Below, piece by piece: positions 25,055 to 34,203 of a stretch of 37,386 nt of DNA. Source of the stretch: Candidatus Fervidifonticultor secundus. Its GTDB lineage: Bacteria; Sysuimicrobiota; Sysuimicrobiia; Sysuimicrobiales; Humicultoraceae. Location: assembly GCA_031459385.1 (NCBI GenBank), contig JAVKIP010000025.1, positions 1 through 37,386 on the forward strand, written 5' to 3'. A model generated the notes under the pieces. It saw nothing but the letters and a program-made list of their open reading frames with translations, was not told the origin of the DNA and ran no database searches. The number at the start of each line of letters is the position of its first letter. Within the stretch, counting starts at the first letter, position 1. The translations under genes and the position numbers were made by a program.

Positions 25055-27973
25055 TCACCAGTACGGAGACGCCAGCGGCGTCGTGACCTGGCGCACCCGC
25101 CACGACAGCTCGGCCTCGACGTCGTCGGCCGTCGCAAACCGGCCGCTGTGCTGGACCGGCGGCGACTGGTGACCGTCTTTGGACGCTACCACGGTCCAGC
25201 TGACCTCGACGCCCTCGCCCAGCACCCGCAAGGCCGCCGTCACGTACTCCAGCGCCTGATCGGACAGATAATGCGCCCTGCCGCGAAAGTGCGTCCGCCA
25301 CAACTCCAGGACCCGCCGGCAGCGCTCGCGGACGGCCGGGGTGACCCGGCCTCCAGTGTGCTCCAGTTCGTACGTCACCAGGTGCATCTCGTCCCGCATC
25401 AAGAACAACTTGGTGATCTGCCGGTCCGGGTAGTCCTGGGCGTCCCGCACAACTAGTGGCAAGTTGCGCCAGAATTTGGCGCGACGGCCCCATTCGGACA
25501 GATACCCCACGTGGGCGATGTGGACATCGGGCAGCACCACCGTCAACCCCGGTCCTTCGCCGATGGCATATTCGGGGTGCTCGTGGGCGCGCCCCCAAAA
25601 TCGCATGCACACGCCATCGGCGCGCGGGCGGCGCCGGAACAGGCGCACGGGGCGGTCGGGCGGAAACGTGGTGTCCACCGCAAAGTGGTGCTGGGAAATC
25701 TGGTATCCGTCATACACGTTGGCGCGCAAATACTTGTGCACGGCGGCAGGATTGACGAGTCGCTCGTCTGTGTCGATCCACAACACCCAGTCCATGCGGC
25801 ACGCGTCCAGCGCGGCGTTGCGCGCAGCGTCAAAACCGGCCTGCAGCGGATCCGGGGCGGAAACGATACGGGCGCCGAACTGCTGCGCCAAGCGCCTGTC
25901 ATCGTCGCGCATGCCGCAGTCACCGATCACGATCTCGTCGGCCACGTCCACCAGACTGCGCAAACACCACCCCAGTGTGTCCGCGCACCCTGGCCCCGCG
26001 ATCAGCATGGCGGACACGGTCTGGCGGGGGTTGACCTGCCACCGCTTGCGCTCCAGGTCAATGGGCCGTGCGGGCCTGGGTGGATCCGACCGGCGCCAGC
26101 TGACCAGGTAGTGGCCCAGCACCTCTCCTGTGCGGTCGCGGTCGCGCATGCCGGGCACAGCGACGATCTCCACGCCCTCTTTGTCCGCCAGCATGTCGTG
26201 CAGGTCGGACCGCGAAAACTCCCACAGGTGCGCGCGAAACGGGTACGGGTCAGGGTCGGGACGGCCCGCATAGCCCGGCGTCAGGTATTCCCACGGACCA
26301 TACGGCACGGTCAGCAACACCCATCCGCCCGGAGCGACGCAGCGCTCCCAACTGTCCAGCCATTCCCACGGACACGGGACGTGCTCCAGCGTCTCGCCGA
26401 CAAACAGCAGGTCAAACGGCCCACCATCCGGACCCAGATCGTCCGGGCCGTCGGCGCGCAGGACCGACATGGCATCGGGCCGTAGGGCGTGGGCGTCACG
26501 CACGGCCTGCGCGCACTGCACCGACGCCTGTGCGATGTCCACAGCAACCCACCGCTGCACCTGAGGCAGCTCATTGAGCAGGCCCACCGACATCGTCCCC
26601 TCGGCGCAGCCGACGTCCAGCACGCGGCGGATCTGCGGGCGCGCAGCAATCCAGTCGCGCACCAAGCCAAACCGTGTCATGCTTCTGGCGGCGTCCAGAT
26701 TGGGCACGTGCGTCTGGCCGATGGCCTCGTACTGCATCCTGTAGTCCGCGGACCTGTCGGCCCAGCCCCAGTGCCGGTCGATGCGGCCCCGGACCTCGGC
26801 AGCCAGCTCGCCGTCCGCATCGCGCAGGGTGTGCCGCGCGACCACGATATCGCTGCGACGGACAAAATGCAGCGCGGTCCGCACCGGATCAGCAGCGCGC
26901 TCGCGCAGCGCGCGCTCCCACGCCTGCGACCAGTCCCGTGCGACGCCCGACCAGTCCAGCGCCTGTGCGCGCGACCGGCCGGCGCGCCCCGCCCGCTCGC
27001 GCGCATCGGGGTCGCACAGGTAACGCAGCGCGGCCTCGGCATACGCGTCGGCCTGGTCGACGGGGTCCCCGTCCACCAGCGTGCCCGCCCCTGGCGCCAC
27101 CGTTTCCGGCAGCGCCCCGGCTCGCGCCGTGACAACAGGCAGCCCGCACGCCTGGGCCTCCATGGCCGAGATGCACGAGACCTCCCGGAACAACGGCATC
27201 ACGGGCGACGGCGTCGGGTACAGATACACCGACGCGCGCGCGTAATGGGCGTACAGCGCGCTTTTCGTCAGGTGCCCCAGCCAATGCACATTAGGCGTGC
27301 GCGCCATCAGCTCGCGGATGCGCGCGTAAAACTCTACCAGCTCGCGCGTCGGATTCTCGTACCCGCACACCCACAACACGGCGCGCGGCTCGCGCCGCAC
27401 GACGCGCGGCCAGATATGCTCCAGCAACACGTCCAGGCCGCGCTCGGGGCGCGCAGCGTAAACTGCCACCGGATCGCGCTGGCGGGGAGCTGCGGCCAGC
27501 GCCTCGTCGACTGCGCGCAGGTCCACGCCGTTGCGGGTCACGTAGACCGCGTCGCGGGGCAGGCCCCAGGCATCGACGAGCTGGTCAGCATGATACCGCG
27601 ACAGCGCCAGCACGGCATCCACGGCCCACAGCACGCCGCGCGCGACGGGAGCCTGGCGCACCAGACCCATGTCGTGACACCACAGCCATCGCAGGTGGCT
27701 AGTCAACTGCACGGCGCACCATTCGGGCATGCGCTGGATGACCGTCACGTCATGCGGCACCTGGGTCGCGTACTCCTGCCACGCCGACAGGGGCAGATAT
27801 TCGACGCCGTCATAGTCGCCTGGCGTGCCGTTGCTGAACACGGTCACCTGGTGCCCGACGCGGCGCAGGGCATCCGCCATGCACACGCCAGCCGTCTCTG
27901 CCCCGCCCAGCGACCGGCTCCGCAGGATCTGCGGGTCGGCGGGCAGACCCGGGATGACCAGTACTATGCGCAT
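25055..27973 (-). CDS. multidomain glycosyltransferase: GT4 + class I SAM methyltransferase + GT2
   Basis: GT4: LGGAETA, RPERGLD, EVSCISAMEAQACGLPVV. MTase: VLDVGCAEG, ETLEHV. GT2: DEIVIGD, FDAARN, WIDTDE, HE, HVGY. 972 aa from ATG 27973. Confidence 0.9.
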   Translation of the reverse strand: MRIVLVIPGLPADPQILRSRSLGGAETAGVCMADALRRVGHQVTVFSNGTPGDYDGVEYLPLSAWQEYATQVPHDVTVIQRMPEWCAVQLTSHLRWLWCHDMGLVRQAPVARGVLWAVDAVLALSRYHADQLVDAWGLPRDAVYVTRNGVDLRAVDEALAAAPRQRDPVAVYAARPERGLDVLLEHIWPRVVRREPRAVLWVCGYENPTRELVEFYARIRELMARTPNVHWLGHLTKSALYAHYARASVYLYPTPSPVMPLFREVSCISAMEAQACGLPVVTARAGALPETVAPGAGTLVDGDPVDQADAYAEAALRYLCDPDARERAGRAGRSRAQALDWSGVARDWSQAWERALRERAADPVRTALHFVRRSDIVVARHTLRDADGELAAEVRGRIDRHWGWADRSADYRMQYEAIGQTHVPNLDAARSMTRFGLVRDWIAARPQIRRVLDVGCAEGTMSVGLLNELPQVQRWVAVDIAQASVQCAQAVRDAHALRPDAMSVLRADGPDDLGPDGGPFDLLFVGETLEHVPCPWEWLDSWERCVAPGGWVLLTVPYGPWEYLTPGYAGRPDPDPYPFRAHLWEFSRSDLHDMLADKEGVEIVAVPGMRDRDRTGEVLGHYLVSWRRSDPPRPARPIDLERKRWQVNPRQTVSAMLIAGPGCADTLGWCLRSLVDVADEIVIGDCGMRDDDRRLAQQFGARIVSAPDPLQAGFDAARNAALDACRMDWVLWIDTDERLVNPAAVHKYLRANVYDGYQISQHHFAVDTTFPPDRPVRLFRRRPRADGVCMRFWGRAHEHPEYAIGEGPGLTVVLPDVHIAHVGYLSEWGRRAKFWRNLPLVVRDAQDYPDRQITKLFLMRDEMHLVTYELEHTGGRVTPAVRERCRRVLELWRTHFRGRAHYLSDQALEYVTAALRVLGEGVEVSWTVVASKDGHQSPPVQHSGRFATADDVEAELSWRVRQVTTPLASPYW

Positions 27974-29268
27974 TACCGGCGCCCCCTCCGAAGCCGCCGC
28001 ATCAGCACGGGCATGGACTGCCGGCGGCGCGAGCCATTGGTCGCGCCGCCGCCGGGGCCCGTGACCGTCCCGTGGGCCACTATCTGGGCGCCCCCGACAG
28101 CCGCAAGTGCACCCGCGATGGTCAGCCGAGCTCCCGCAGACAGTGTGGTTGCGCCGACCATCTGTGACTGCGCGCCAAACGCCACCCGGCCGGCCGGAAC
28201 CGCCTCCGCGGCTCCCACCATGGAGGCCTGACCCTTGATGAGCATCCCCCCAAGCGCTGACATGTCGGCCGCGCCAGCAAGCGCCGCGCGCCCAGTAGCG
28301 GTCAGTCGGCCCGCGGCCGACACCCCCGCCGCCCCCACCATCGAGGCGCGCCCCACAGCCGTCACGCGGGCAGCAGGCGACATGCTGGCCTGTCCCGCCC
28401 ACGACGCCCGGCCCCCCATCACCACCCGGCCGGCCGGAACCGCCTCCGCGGCTCCCACCATGGAGGCCTGACCGCGGATCAATAGCCCGCCCAGGGCGGA
28501 CAGCTGAGCCTGCCCGAGCATTGACGCCTGCCCCGGTATGGTCAGGCCGCCCGCGGCCGACATCCCCGCCGCCCCCACCATCGCAGCAGACCCCGCAGCC
28601 ACCAGGCGACCGGACGCCGACACGCTGGCCGCACCGACCATCTGGGCGGCCCCGGTGATGACTGCGCCCGCAAACGACAGGTTCTGCGGACACTCCAGGT
28701 ATGAACCACGCAGGGTCCCGTCCGCGCCATTCAGGCCGACAGTCAGCGTATATGACGCAGCCATACCCTGGACTGCGTGTGCCCATACCTCCAGCACCAA
28801 CACGTCCTGGGCTGATACGTTCAGGGCGGCGCCGTTAAATGTCACCGAGACGGCCGTTTCGGTCGTCGGCCACTCAGAGCCGATCGTTGTGTCCGAATCC
28901 CAGATGTACCCGACCACCTCACCGGTGGACGGCCTGTAGGCATACAGCGACAGGATTAAATATGCGTTGGCCGCGGCATTGGACTCCGCCACCGATAGCC
29001 GTAGTGTCCATGTCTGGGCCTGAATCGTCTGGGCGGCCAGGGGGGAGCTCGTGAACCTGGCAATGTACAGATCCTGGTGGGCTGTCTGCGCCAGCGTGGT
29101 AATCGTCTTCGTCACGCCGCTGGCGCCCGCCGTCGTGTTGAGAGATCGATCCTCGTAGCCCGCCCCGGAGTTGCCTTTGAACGTCCCCACGGGCAGTGCG
29201 GCAGACTTCTCGCCATTCGAAGGCGCGTTGGGCGAGGCCAGATCCCGCAAGAACAGCCTGGTCGCCAT
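27973..29268 (-). CDS. head/neck fibre-like protein with 16-aa Gly/Ala/Ser repeats
   Basis: N-terminal beta-rich domain, then about 12 repeats of G.A.MVGAA..SA.G.L. Confidence 0.7.
   Translation of the reverse strand: MATRLFLRDLASPNAPSNGEKSAALPVGTFKGNSGAGYEDRSLNTTAGASGVTKTITTLAQTAHQDLYIARFTSSPLAAQTIQAQTWTLRLSVAESNAAANAYLILSLYAYRPSTGEVVGYIWDSDTTIGSEWPTTETAVSVTFNGAALNVSAQDVLVLEVWAHAVQGMAASYTLTVGLNGADGTLRGSYLECPQNLSFAGAVITGAAQMVGAASVSASGRLVAAGSAAMVGAAGMSAAGGLTIPGQASMLGQAQLSALGGLLIRGQASMVGAAEAVPAGRVVMGGRASWAGQASMSPAARVTAVGRASMVGAAGVSAAGRLTATGRAALAGAADMSALGGMLIKGQASMVGAAEAVPAGRVAFGAQSQMVGATTLSAGARLTIAGALAAVGGAQIVAHGTVTGPGGGATNGSRRRQSMPVLMRRLRRGRR
28182..28583. repeat. 240-bp-period internal duplication
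   Basis: 52 bp identical at 28182-28233 and 28422-28473; near-identical blocks around 28310-28343 and 28550-28583. Confidence 0.85.
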
Positions 29269-29269
29269 G

Positions 29270-29551
29270 TCAGGCCAACACGCGGTATGTCAGCGGGCAG
29301 CACCCGCGGAAGTCAGGTGTCACGGGAACGTCCAACGACGCATCGGGATGCGAGGACAGCCTGCCGTACCGCCTGGACAGCTGTTGGAGATGGCCGTAGT
29401 CCGCAACACGAACGGGGCCGTCCGGGGTGTGCACAGTCGCCCCCACCAGGCAGAACCCGCGCATGTCACAGACCCCGAACACCTCCCAGCGTTCACCCGT
29501 GGACAGCCTGCGATACCGCCAGTACCCGGCTCGCGCGGCCTCCAGCACCAC
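29270..29551 (-). CDS. small Cys-containing hypothetical protein
   Basis: GVCDMRGFCLVG...LDVPVTPDFRGCCPL; GTG start is inferred. Confidence 0.5.
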   Translation of the reverse strand: MVLEAARAGYWRYRRLSTGERWEVFGVCDMRGFCLVGATVHTPDGPVRVADYGHLQQLSRRYGRLSSHPDASLDVPVTPDFRGCCPLTYRVLA

Positions 29552-29582
29552 GTCGGGGTCGCAGGTCGGACGGGGACGGGTG

Positions 29583-30008
29583 CTATCGTTCGATGATGTC
29601 CAGGTCCCCTGCGGCAAACTTGAACGTGTCGCCCTGGCCGACCGTCTTGTTGGCGGCCAGCGACCCGTAGTATAGCATATTGCCAGCGGTGGCCGCGTCC
29701 AGAATGGCCGCTGCCACAATGGTCCCCCAGTCCGCCGTTGCGGTGGGGAACACGATGTCCTGGGCGTTGTCCACGACGTAGCCGCCGCCTGCCTCGGCCG
29801 CCGCCAGATTCCACCTCGGCGTGCTGGCGTTGGCGTTCTCATACACGATCTGGCGGGCGTACCCTCCGCCGGACACCTCGGTGCCCCCGCCGGTCTCGCC
29901 CGGGGCAGCCGTGTACAACGCCACGTATGTCGTCGGAGACGTCAAGGTGACTTTATTCAGAACGTGGTCGAGAATTTTTTGTTCGAGGTAGTCCGTCTTG
30001 GCACTCAT
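29583..30008 (-). CDS. conserved virion structural protein (short fibre/head-associated)
   Basis: MSAKTDYLEQKILDH...YVALYTAAPGETGGGTEVSGGGYARQ...FPTATADWGTI...DAATAGNML...GDTFKFAAGDL. Confidence 0.8.
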   Translation of the reverse strand: MSAKTDYLEQKILDHVLNKVTLTSPTTYVALYTAAPGETGGGTEVSGGGYARQIVYENANASTPRWNLAAAEAGGGYVVDNAQDIVFPTATADWGTIVAAAILDAATAGNMLYYGSLAANKTVGQGDTFKFAAGDLDIIER

Positions 30009-30418
30009 GTGTGCACCCCGACCGGCACCTCACCGGACTCCCAGCGCAGCGCCCGGGCCACGTCATCGTCGCTCCAGGTCGCCGGCCATGCGTGTTCGCT
30101 TTCCCCGTACCGGACCACCAGCAGTGCCTGCGGCCATGGCCACGGACCGCGCCCCCAGACCAGCACCGCCGGACGCCCCGTCCGCGCGGTCATGCGCTGC
30201 GCCCACGCGGCGATCGCGGGGTGCGTGCCCATGCGGCGCACGTGCTCTGCGTAGCGCATCCGCCGGTCCTCCACAACGGCCCGCAGCGGGTCGCGGCCGT
30301 CGTGCAGGGCGCGCATGGCCAGGCCGACTTCGCGCTCGCGTATCTCGTCGGCAGTCACCCAACCGGCTGGTACATACGTGCGTGGTGGCGGGGCTGCCCG
30401 CCGGCGGAAGAGTCTCAT
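30005..30418 (-). CDS. hypothetical protein
   Basis: MRLFRRR... coupled at both ends. Confidence 0.6.
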   Translation of the reverse strand: MRLFRRRAAPPPRTYVPAGWVTADEIREREVGLAMRALHDGRDPLRAVVEDRRMRYAEHVRRMGTHPAIAAWAQRMTARTGRPAVLVWGRGPWPWPQALLVVRYGESEHAWPATWSDDDVARALRWESGEVPVGVHT

Positions 30419-30744
30419 CGCCGCAACTTGACGATGACCACGAAGGTCCGCGTGTCCGTCTGTGCCACCGACGACTCCAGACGCAGAAACGGGAATGGAA
30501 ACGCCACGTCCTGCAGCGTGACCGCCCGCTGACCGGGCCCCAAAGCCCACGCCCAGTCGCCGGAGCCAGCCGGATTCGTCAGCCGCACGAAGTTGGTGAC
30601 CGGATCCCAGCTACCCTGCAGGTACACCTGGCCGCTGGTGACCGCTGGCGCCCACAGCCCGAACAGGTCCGCGCCGATGACGGGCACCACGTCGGACAGG
30701 GTGGCGCCGGACGCAATCGTCGTGAACAGCGCCTGGTGCGGCAT
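30415..30744 (-). CDS. putative virion structural protein
   Basis: Beta-rich; TTIASGATLSD...YLQGS.D...FLRL.SSVAQT..RTF. Confidence 0.65.
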   Translation of the reverse strand: MPHQALFTTIASGATLSDVVPVIGADLFGLWAPAVTSGQVYLQGSWDPVTNFVRLTNPAGSGDWAWALGPGQRAVTLQDVAFPFPFLRLESSVAQTDTRTFVVIVKLRR

Positions 30745-30751
30745 GGGGCCT

Positions 30752-31060
30752 TTAGCTCGCCCGCCACACGAGCCACATCACCGTGGTGTCGCGCGCCACC
30801 GCCACCCCGTCGCTGGTGCCGACGACGAAACCAACACCCGGATTGATGGACCGGACCTCGAATGTCCGCGTGAACCCGCTGGCCTGGTTGGTCGCGGCCT
30901 GCGCCGCCAGCAAGATAATGCTGGCGGACTCCACGACGGGCGTGGAGACCACCCGTGTGACGGCCCCGCTGGGGACCGTCGTCGTTCCTGCCCACAGACC
31001 CGTGCCCCTCGGCGGCGCCGCGAACACGCCGCGCAGGCGGGCGCTGGGAATCCACGGCAT
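30752..31060 (-). CDS. putative virion structural protein
   Basis: Beta-rich 102 aa; AAGGAGG SD. Confidence 0.65.
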   Translation of the reverse strand: MPWIPSARLRGVFAAPPRGTGLWAGTTTVPSGAVTRVVSTPVVESASIILLAAQAATNQASGFTRTFEVRSINPGVGFVVGTSDGVAVARDTTVMWLVWRAS

Positions 31061-31063
31061 CGT

Positions 31064-31240
31064 CTATTCCTCCTTGCGGCGCCGGTCCAGCATGCGGCGG
31101 GCGGCCTCGTCAACGTCAACGGAGAACGACTCCAGCGGCCTGCCCGCCGACCGGGCGATGGCCGCCCACACACCGCGCGGGAAATCGTACACCTCTCCGC
31201 GCTGCAGCCTGCCGACCGTCACCGTGACCAGCCGCCGCAT
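31064..31240 (-). CDS. small protein downstream of the capsid gene (58 aa)
   Basis: Hand-translated: MRRLVTVTVGRLQRGEVYDFPRGVWAAIARSAGRPLESFSVDVDEAARRMLDRRRKEE; TGATG coupling. Confidence 0.6.
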   Translation of the reverse strand: MRRLVTVTVGRLQRGEVYDFPRGVWAAIARSAGRPLESFSVDVDEAARRMLDRRRKEE

Positions 31241-32244
31241 CACAGCGTCCCCAGAATGCCGTACGACAGGTCTTTGCCGACGATCTTCTCGTCGGCCCAG
31301 TACTGGACCTGGATGACCTCGGTCGCCCGGCCGGGGTCAGGGTCACGGTACGTCAGCACCTGCATCGGCTCCGGGAACCCTTCCGGCTTCCACGTGAAGC
31401 TGACGCCGAACGCCACGGCATCGAGCCCCGCCACCGCATCGGGCACGTACGCCAGGATGGCGTTGTAGCCCCAAATGTTCACCAGCGATGCGGGGGCCGT
31501 CTCGGCCGCGACGTTTTTGACGCCGGCCGCCACCAGAATGCGGTCGACCTCGAACACCTCCGCCAGCCTGTCGGCGGCAGGCAGACCCTGCGCGCGCCCC
31601 GGGCCGAAGGCGGCCTCCAGGACCGCCGGGTGGCGCCGGACGACACGGTAGGTGTCCTTGTCCAGCACGAGTGTGTTGGCGTGCAAGCCGGTACGGCTTT
31701 CGATGAACGCGTGGCCGCTATTGACGTCGGAGACCGGGTCGGAGTTCGTGTAGTCCGACCACTTGGCCGTGCCCGTCAGCGACACGTAGCTGCCCAGGTT
31801 CGTTCCGGAGGTCACCATGCTCGCCACACGGTTTTCGCGATCCCTGGCCAGCATGTTGACGACCAATGCGGTCGTCTGCTCGCGCAGGCGAATAGCGCGA
31901 TCCTGGTTGGCCAGGTCTTCCAGGGCAATTTCGCCAGCCAGCGCATAGCCACGGACCGCGTACGCGTCGGAGCTGACCCGGAACTCGACCCGCGCCGGCG
32001 ACGCACGCCGTGCCCGCAGGGCCGGCGCGATCCGCAGCCAGCTGTCGGGGTCGATCAGGTAGTAGCGGTCCGTCTCGTGGTCCACGGCAACGGGCGGGAA
32101 CAGCTGCCCCGCCACGTAGCCCGCGTCCGTCCCCTGGAACTGCTTGAATGCCAGCGTCGACAGTGGCGCATCGTGGTGGACGTCCCGCCCCGTGGCGGGC
32201 TCGCCCGCGTAGATCTTGCGCAACGCCTTGACCGCGTAGATCAT
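31240..32244 (-). CDS. major capsid protein
   Basis: DVHHDAPLSTLA...LFPPVAV...RENRVA...KWSDYTNSDPVSD...NTLVL...RHP; 334 aa; expected position. Confidence 0.85.
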   Translation of the reverse strand: MIYAVKALRKIYAGEPATGRDVHHDAPLSTLAFKQFQGTDAGYVAGQLFPPVAVDHETDRYYLIDPDSWLRIAPALRARRASPARVEFRVSSDAYAVRGYALAGEIALEDLANQDRAIRLREQTTALVVNMLARDRENRVASMVTSGTNLGSYVSLTGTAKWSDYTNSDPVSDVNSGHAFIESRTGLHANTLVLDKDTYRVVRRHPAVLEAAFGPGRAQGLPAADRLAEVFEVDRILVAAGVKNVAAETAPASLVNIWGYNAILAYVPDAVAGLDAVAFGVSFTWKPEGFPEPMQVLTYRDPDPGRATEVIQVQYWADEKIVGKDLSYGILGTL

Positions 32245-32257
32245 CGTCGCAACCCCC

Positions 32258-32644
32258 CTACAGAGTCAGCCGCCACGGGCGGACGATCTCGGCCGTGATG
32301 ACGTCACCGGCCGCTGCCGCCGCTTCCAGGGCGCGCCCGATGACGTAGTCACCAGACGTCGCTGCCACGGCACGACCGCTGCCGTTGGTCGTGATCAGGG
32401 CATTGGCAGTCAGCGCAGCGCCCGCGGTGACCTTGCCCAGCCCCAGCAACAGCACGGATGCGGCTTCGCCTGCCCGCGGCTTGTTCAGCAGCACCCCCCA
32501 CAGGCCCGAATCGGTGTCCAGCGACGCCACGTTGACCGTGCGGTCGGCCGCCGCAAGCCGCACGAGGTGATACTGCTGGTTGGTCAGGTCGGCCGCGGCG
32601 CGGCCGGTCTCCACCCACAGATGCCGGAATTCAGCCATGGTCAT
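32258..32644 (-). CDS. head decoration/capsid cement protein (DUF2190-like)
   Basis: AAADLT..QY..V...GVLLNKPRAGEAASV...GKVTAGAAL...GRALEAAAAAGDVI. Confidence 0.8.
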   Translation of the reverse strand: MTMAEFRHLWVETGRAAADLTNQQYHLVRLAAADRTVNVASLDTDSGLWGVLLNKPRAGEAASVLLLGLGKVTAGAALTANALITTNGSGRAVAATSGDYVIGRALEAAAAAGDVITAEIVRPWRLTL

Positions 32645-33993
32645 GCACCTCCAAGATACTCGGAGGCCAGCGCCGGATCGTCAGCAAGCACGTGGCGCAC
32701 GGCCTCCGTGTACTCCCACCGGCGCTCCGCTGCGAGCTTGCGCGCGCGCCGGTCCACCTCCACCGCCGCCTCGGTGCGCGTGCGGGGCCGCGATGGCAGG
32801 TCGCCGCGCGACACCTCGCCCCATCCGGCGGCCATCGCCGCCCGCAGGGCGTCGACGTGCGCCCGCAAGGCATCCTGCGGCACCCCGCCCGCAGCCAGCT
32901 GCTGTAGCGTTTGCGCCACGCTGCGCGGCAAGCCGTCAAACGACAGCGCGGCGGACGCTGCCGGCCGCTGCGGCTGCTGCAACGCCGCCACCGCCTCCTG
33001 AAGGGCCGCCAGCATGGCCGCCAGCTCGTCCACGCGGCGGCGCAGGTCGTCCAGGGCCTGGTCCAGATCGGGCCCGCCGATATGCTCAGTGTGTGGGCGG
33101 GCGGCCTCAGACAGCAACCCCGCCCGCAGGCACGCCTGCTTCAGCGCATTGCAGAACGCCGCGGGATCATCGGCAAACCGACCCGCGTCGTCCATACACC
33201 GCGTGCGGAACCCTTCGTCCGGCGCCCACTTCTCGCACAAAGCGCGGAAGGCTGCCGAAGGCATGTCGCCCGGCAGCTCGTACGTACCATCCGGGTTGCG
33301 CCGCACATGAATGGCCGTAATGTTCTGCTCGGCCATCTTCTGTGCGCACGGCGCGCAGAACTTCTCCATCATCTCGCGCGTGATCGTCAACCTGTCCTGT
33401 GTGGGCATAGGTGCCTCCCCGACATGGTAAACGCGTACGGATCCCACGGTCATGGCGGGCCGCGCGTGCGGCAGGCCCGACACCGCGGGGATGTTCGCGC
33501 CCAGCAGTGCCACGGCGCCCAGCACCCGCGGGTAGACCACGCCGTCCCGCTCCAGGTCCCAGTACACCTCGGCCGACGCTGGCCCGTATTTGTGCTCGCG
33601 CAGCGCCTGGCACACCTGCGGGTCCACGTCCGCCACGTCCGCCAGCAGGCGGTCGCCGTCCACCCGCAGACCCACGACCCATCCGACCGCGGGCGCGCCG
33701 GGGTCGTCCACATGACCCAGCTTCAGCGGCGGGGTGAAGCCCACGCGGGTGAACGCATCTGCCATGGCGCGCAGGTCGTCCACGGTGTATGTGTCACCGT
33801 TCCAGGTGCCCGCGCGGAAGACCACCCAATCCCGGATCTCACAGTGGCCGCGGGCCGCCTTGCTGGCCTCAATGGCGCGCAACTGGTCCAGGGCCTCCTC
33901 GCGCGTATCATGACACCCCAGCACGCGCTGGCCCGCCTCGTCCAGCACGCACCATTGGTCTCCGCGCTGTTCGATGATGTATGTCTTGTACAT
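32641..33993 (-). CDS. prohead protease/scaffold (Mu gpI-like)
   Basis: VFRAGTWNG..YT..DL...PLKLGH...PAVGWV...Y...SAE...L.AVALLGANIPAVSGL, then a C-terminal coiled coil; start MYKT. Confidence 0.8.
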   Translation of the reverse strand: MYKTYIIEQRGDQWCVLDEAGQRVLGCHDTREEALDQLRAIEASKAARGHCEIRDWVVFRAGTWNGDTYTVDDLRAMADAFTRVGFTPPLKLGHVDDPGAPAVGWVVGLRVDGDRLLADVADVDPQVCQALREHKYGPASAEVYWDLERDGVVYPRVLGAVALLGANIPAVSGLPHARPAMTVGSVRVYHVGEAPMPTQDRLTITREMMEKFCAPCAQKMAEQNITAIHVRRNPDGTYELPGDMPSAAFRALCEKWAPDEGFRTRCMDDAGRFADDPAAFCNALKQACLRAGLLSEAARPHTEHIGGPDLDQALDDLRRRVDELAAMLAALQEAVAALQQPQRPAASAALSFDGLPRSVAQTLQQLAAGGVPQDALRAHVDALRAAMAAGWGEVSRGDLPSRPRTRTEAAVEVDRRARKLAAERRWEYTEAVRHVLADDPALASEYLGGA

Positions 33994-33997
33994 CCCG

Positions 33998-34043
33998 TTC
34001 CCACAAAAGCGCCGCGGGCGGCTGCTTGCACCGCCCGCGGCTA
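33998..34043 (-). terminator. intrinsic terminator-like hairpin, copy 2
   Basis: 11-bp GC stem GCCGCGGGCGG/CCGCCCGCGGC followed by GCTTTTGT on the minus strand. Confidence 0.6.
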
Positions 34044-34056
34044 TGGACTTTACTAC

Positions 34057-34102
34057 TTCCCACAAAAGCGCCGCGGGCGGCTGCTTGCACCGCCCGCGGC
34101 TA
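34057..34102 (-). terminator. intrinsic terminator-like hairpin, copy 1 (identical 46-bp repeat)
   Basis: Exact duplicate of 33998-34043. Confidence 0.6.
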
Positions 34103-34168
34103 GGAGGTGAGGGCGACTCGCACACCCCGGGGGGACACCGGAGGGCTTCGGGCGTGTACGAGCGCCAG
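34060..34168 (-). ncRNA. candidate structured small RNA
   Basis: Between a promoter and a terminator; long hairpin 34112-34166 followed by CUCACCUCCU. Confidence 0.35.
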
Positions 34169-34173
34169 TATAG

Positions 34174-34203
34174 ACTTTACTACTGCCACCGCATGCGTGT
34201 CAA
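34174..34203 (-). promoter_or_regulatory. sigma70-like promoter TTGACA-N18-TAAAGT
   Basis: -35 at 34203-34198 overlaps the portal stop codon; -10 at 34179-34174. Confidence 0.5.

Noticed and set aside
26489..28231. Long plus-strand ORFs (for example 580 aa here, 448 aa at 35585-36931, 429 aa at 16123-17412)
   Set aside because: Antisense shadows of well-supported minus-strand genes in high-GC DNA, with no recognisable motifs.
27974..28786. N-terminal 271 aa of the 1243-aa ORF call
   Set aside because: Overlaps the fibre gene in another frame. The real GT start is the coupled ATG at 27973.
29400..29455. CLVGATVHTPDGPVRVAD resembles an intein/Hint N-terminal block
   Set aside because: The ORF ends ~40 aa later with no TxxH block or C-terminal HN, which is too short for a Hint domain.
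33998..34102. Possible mini-CRISPR array (two 46-bp palindromic repeats; a Cas4-like gene is in the genome)
   Set aside because: Only two copies with a 13-bp gap, and the hairpin plus U-tract fits a terminator. No cas1/cas2 or effector genes.
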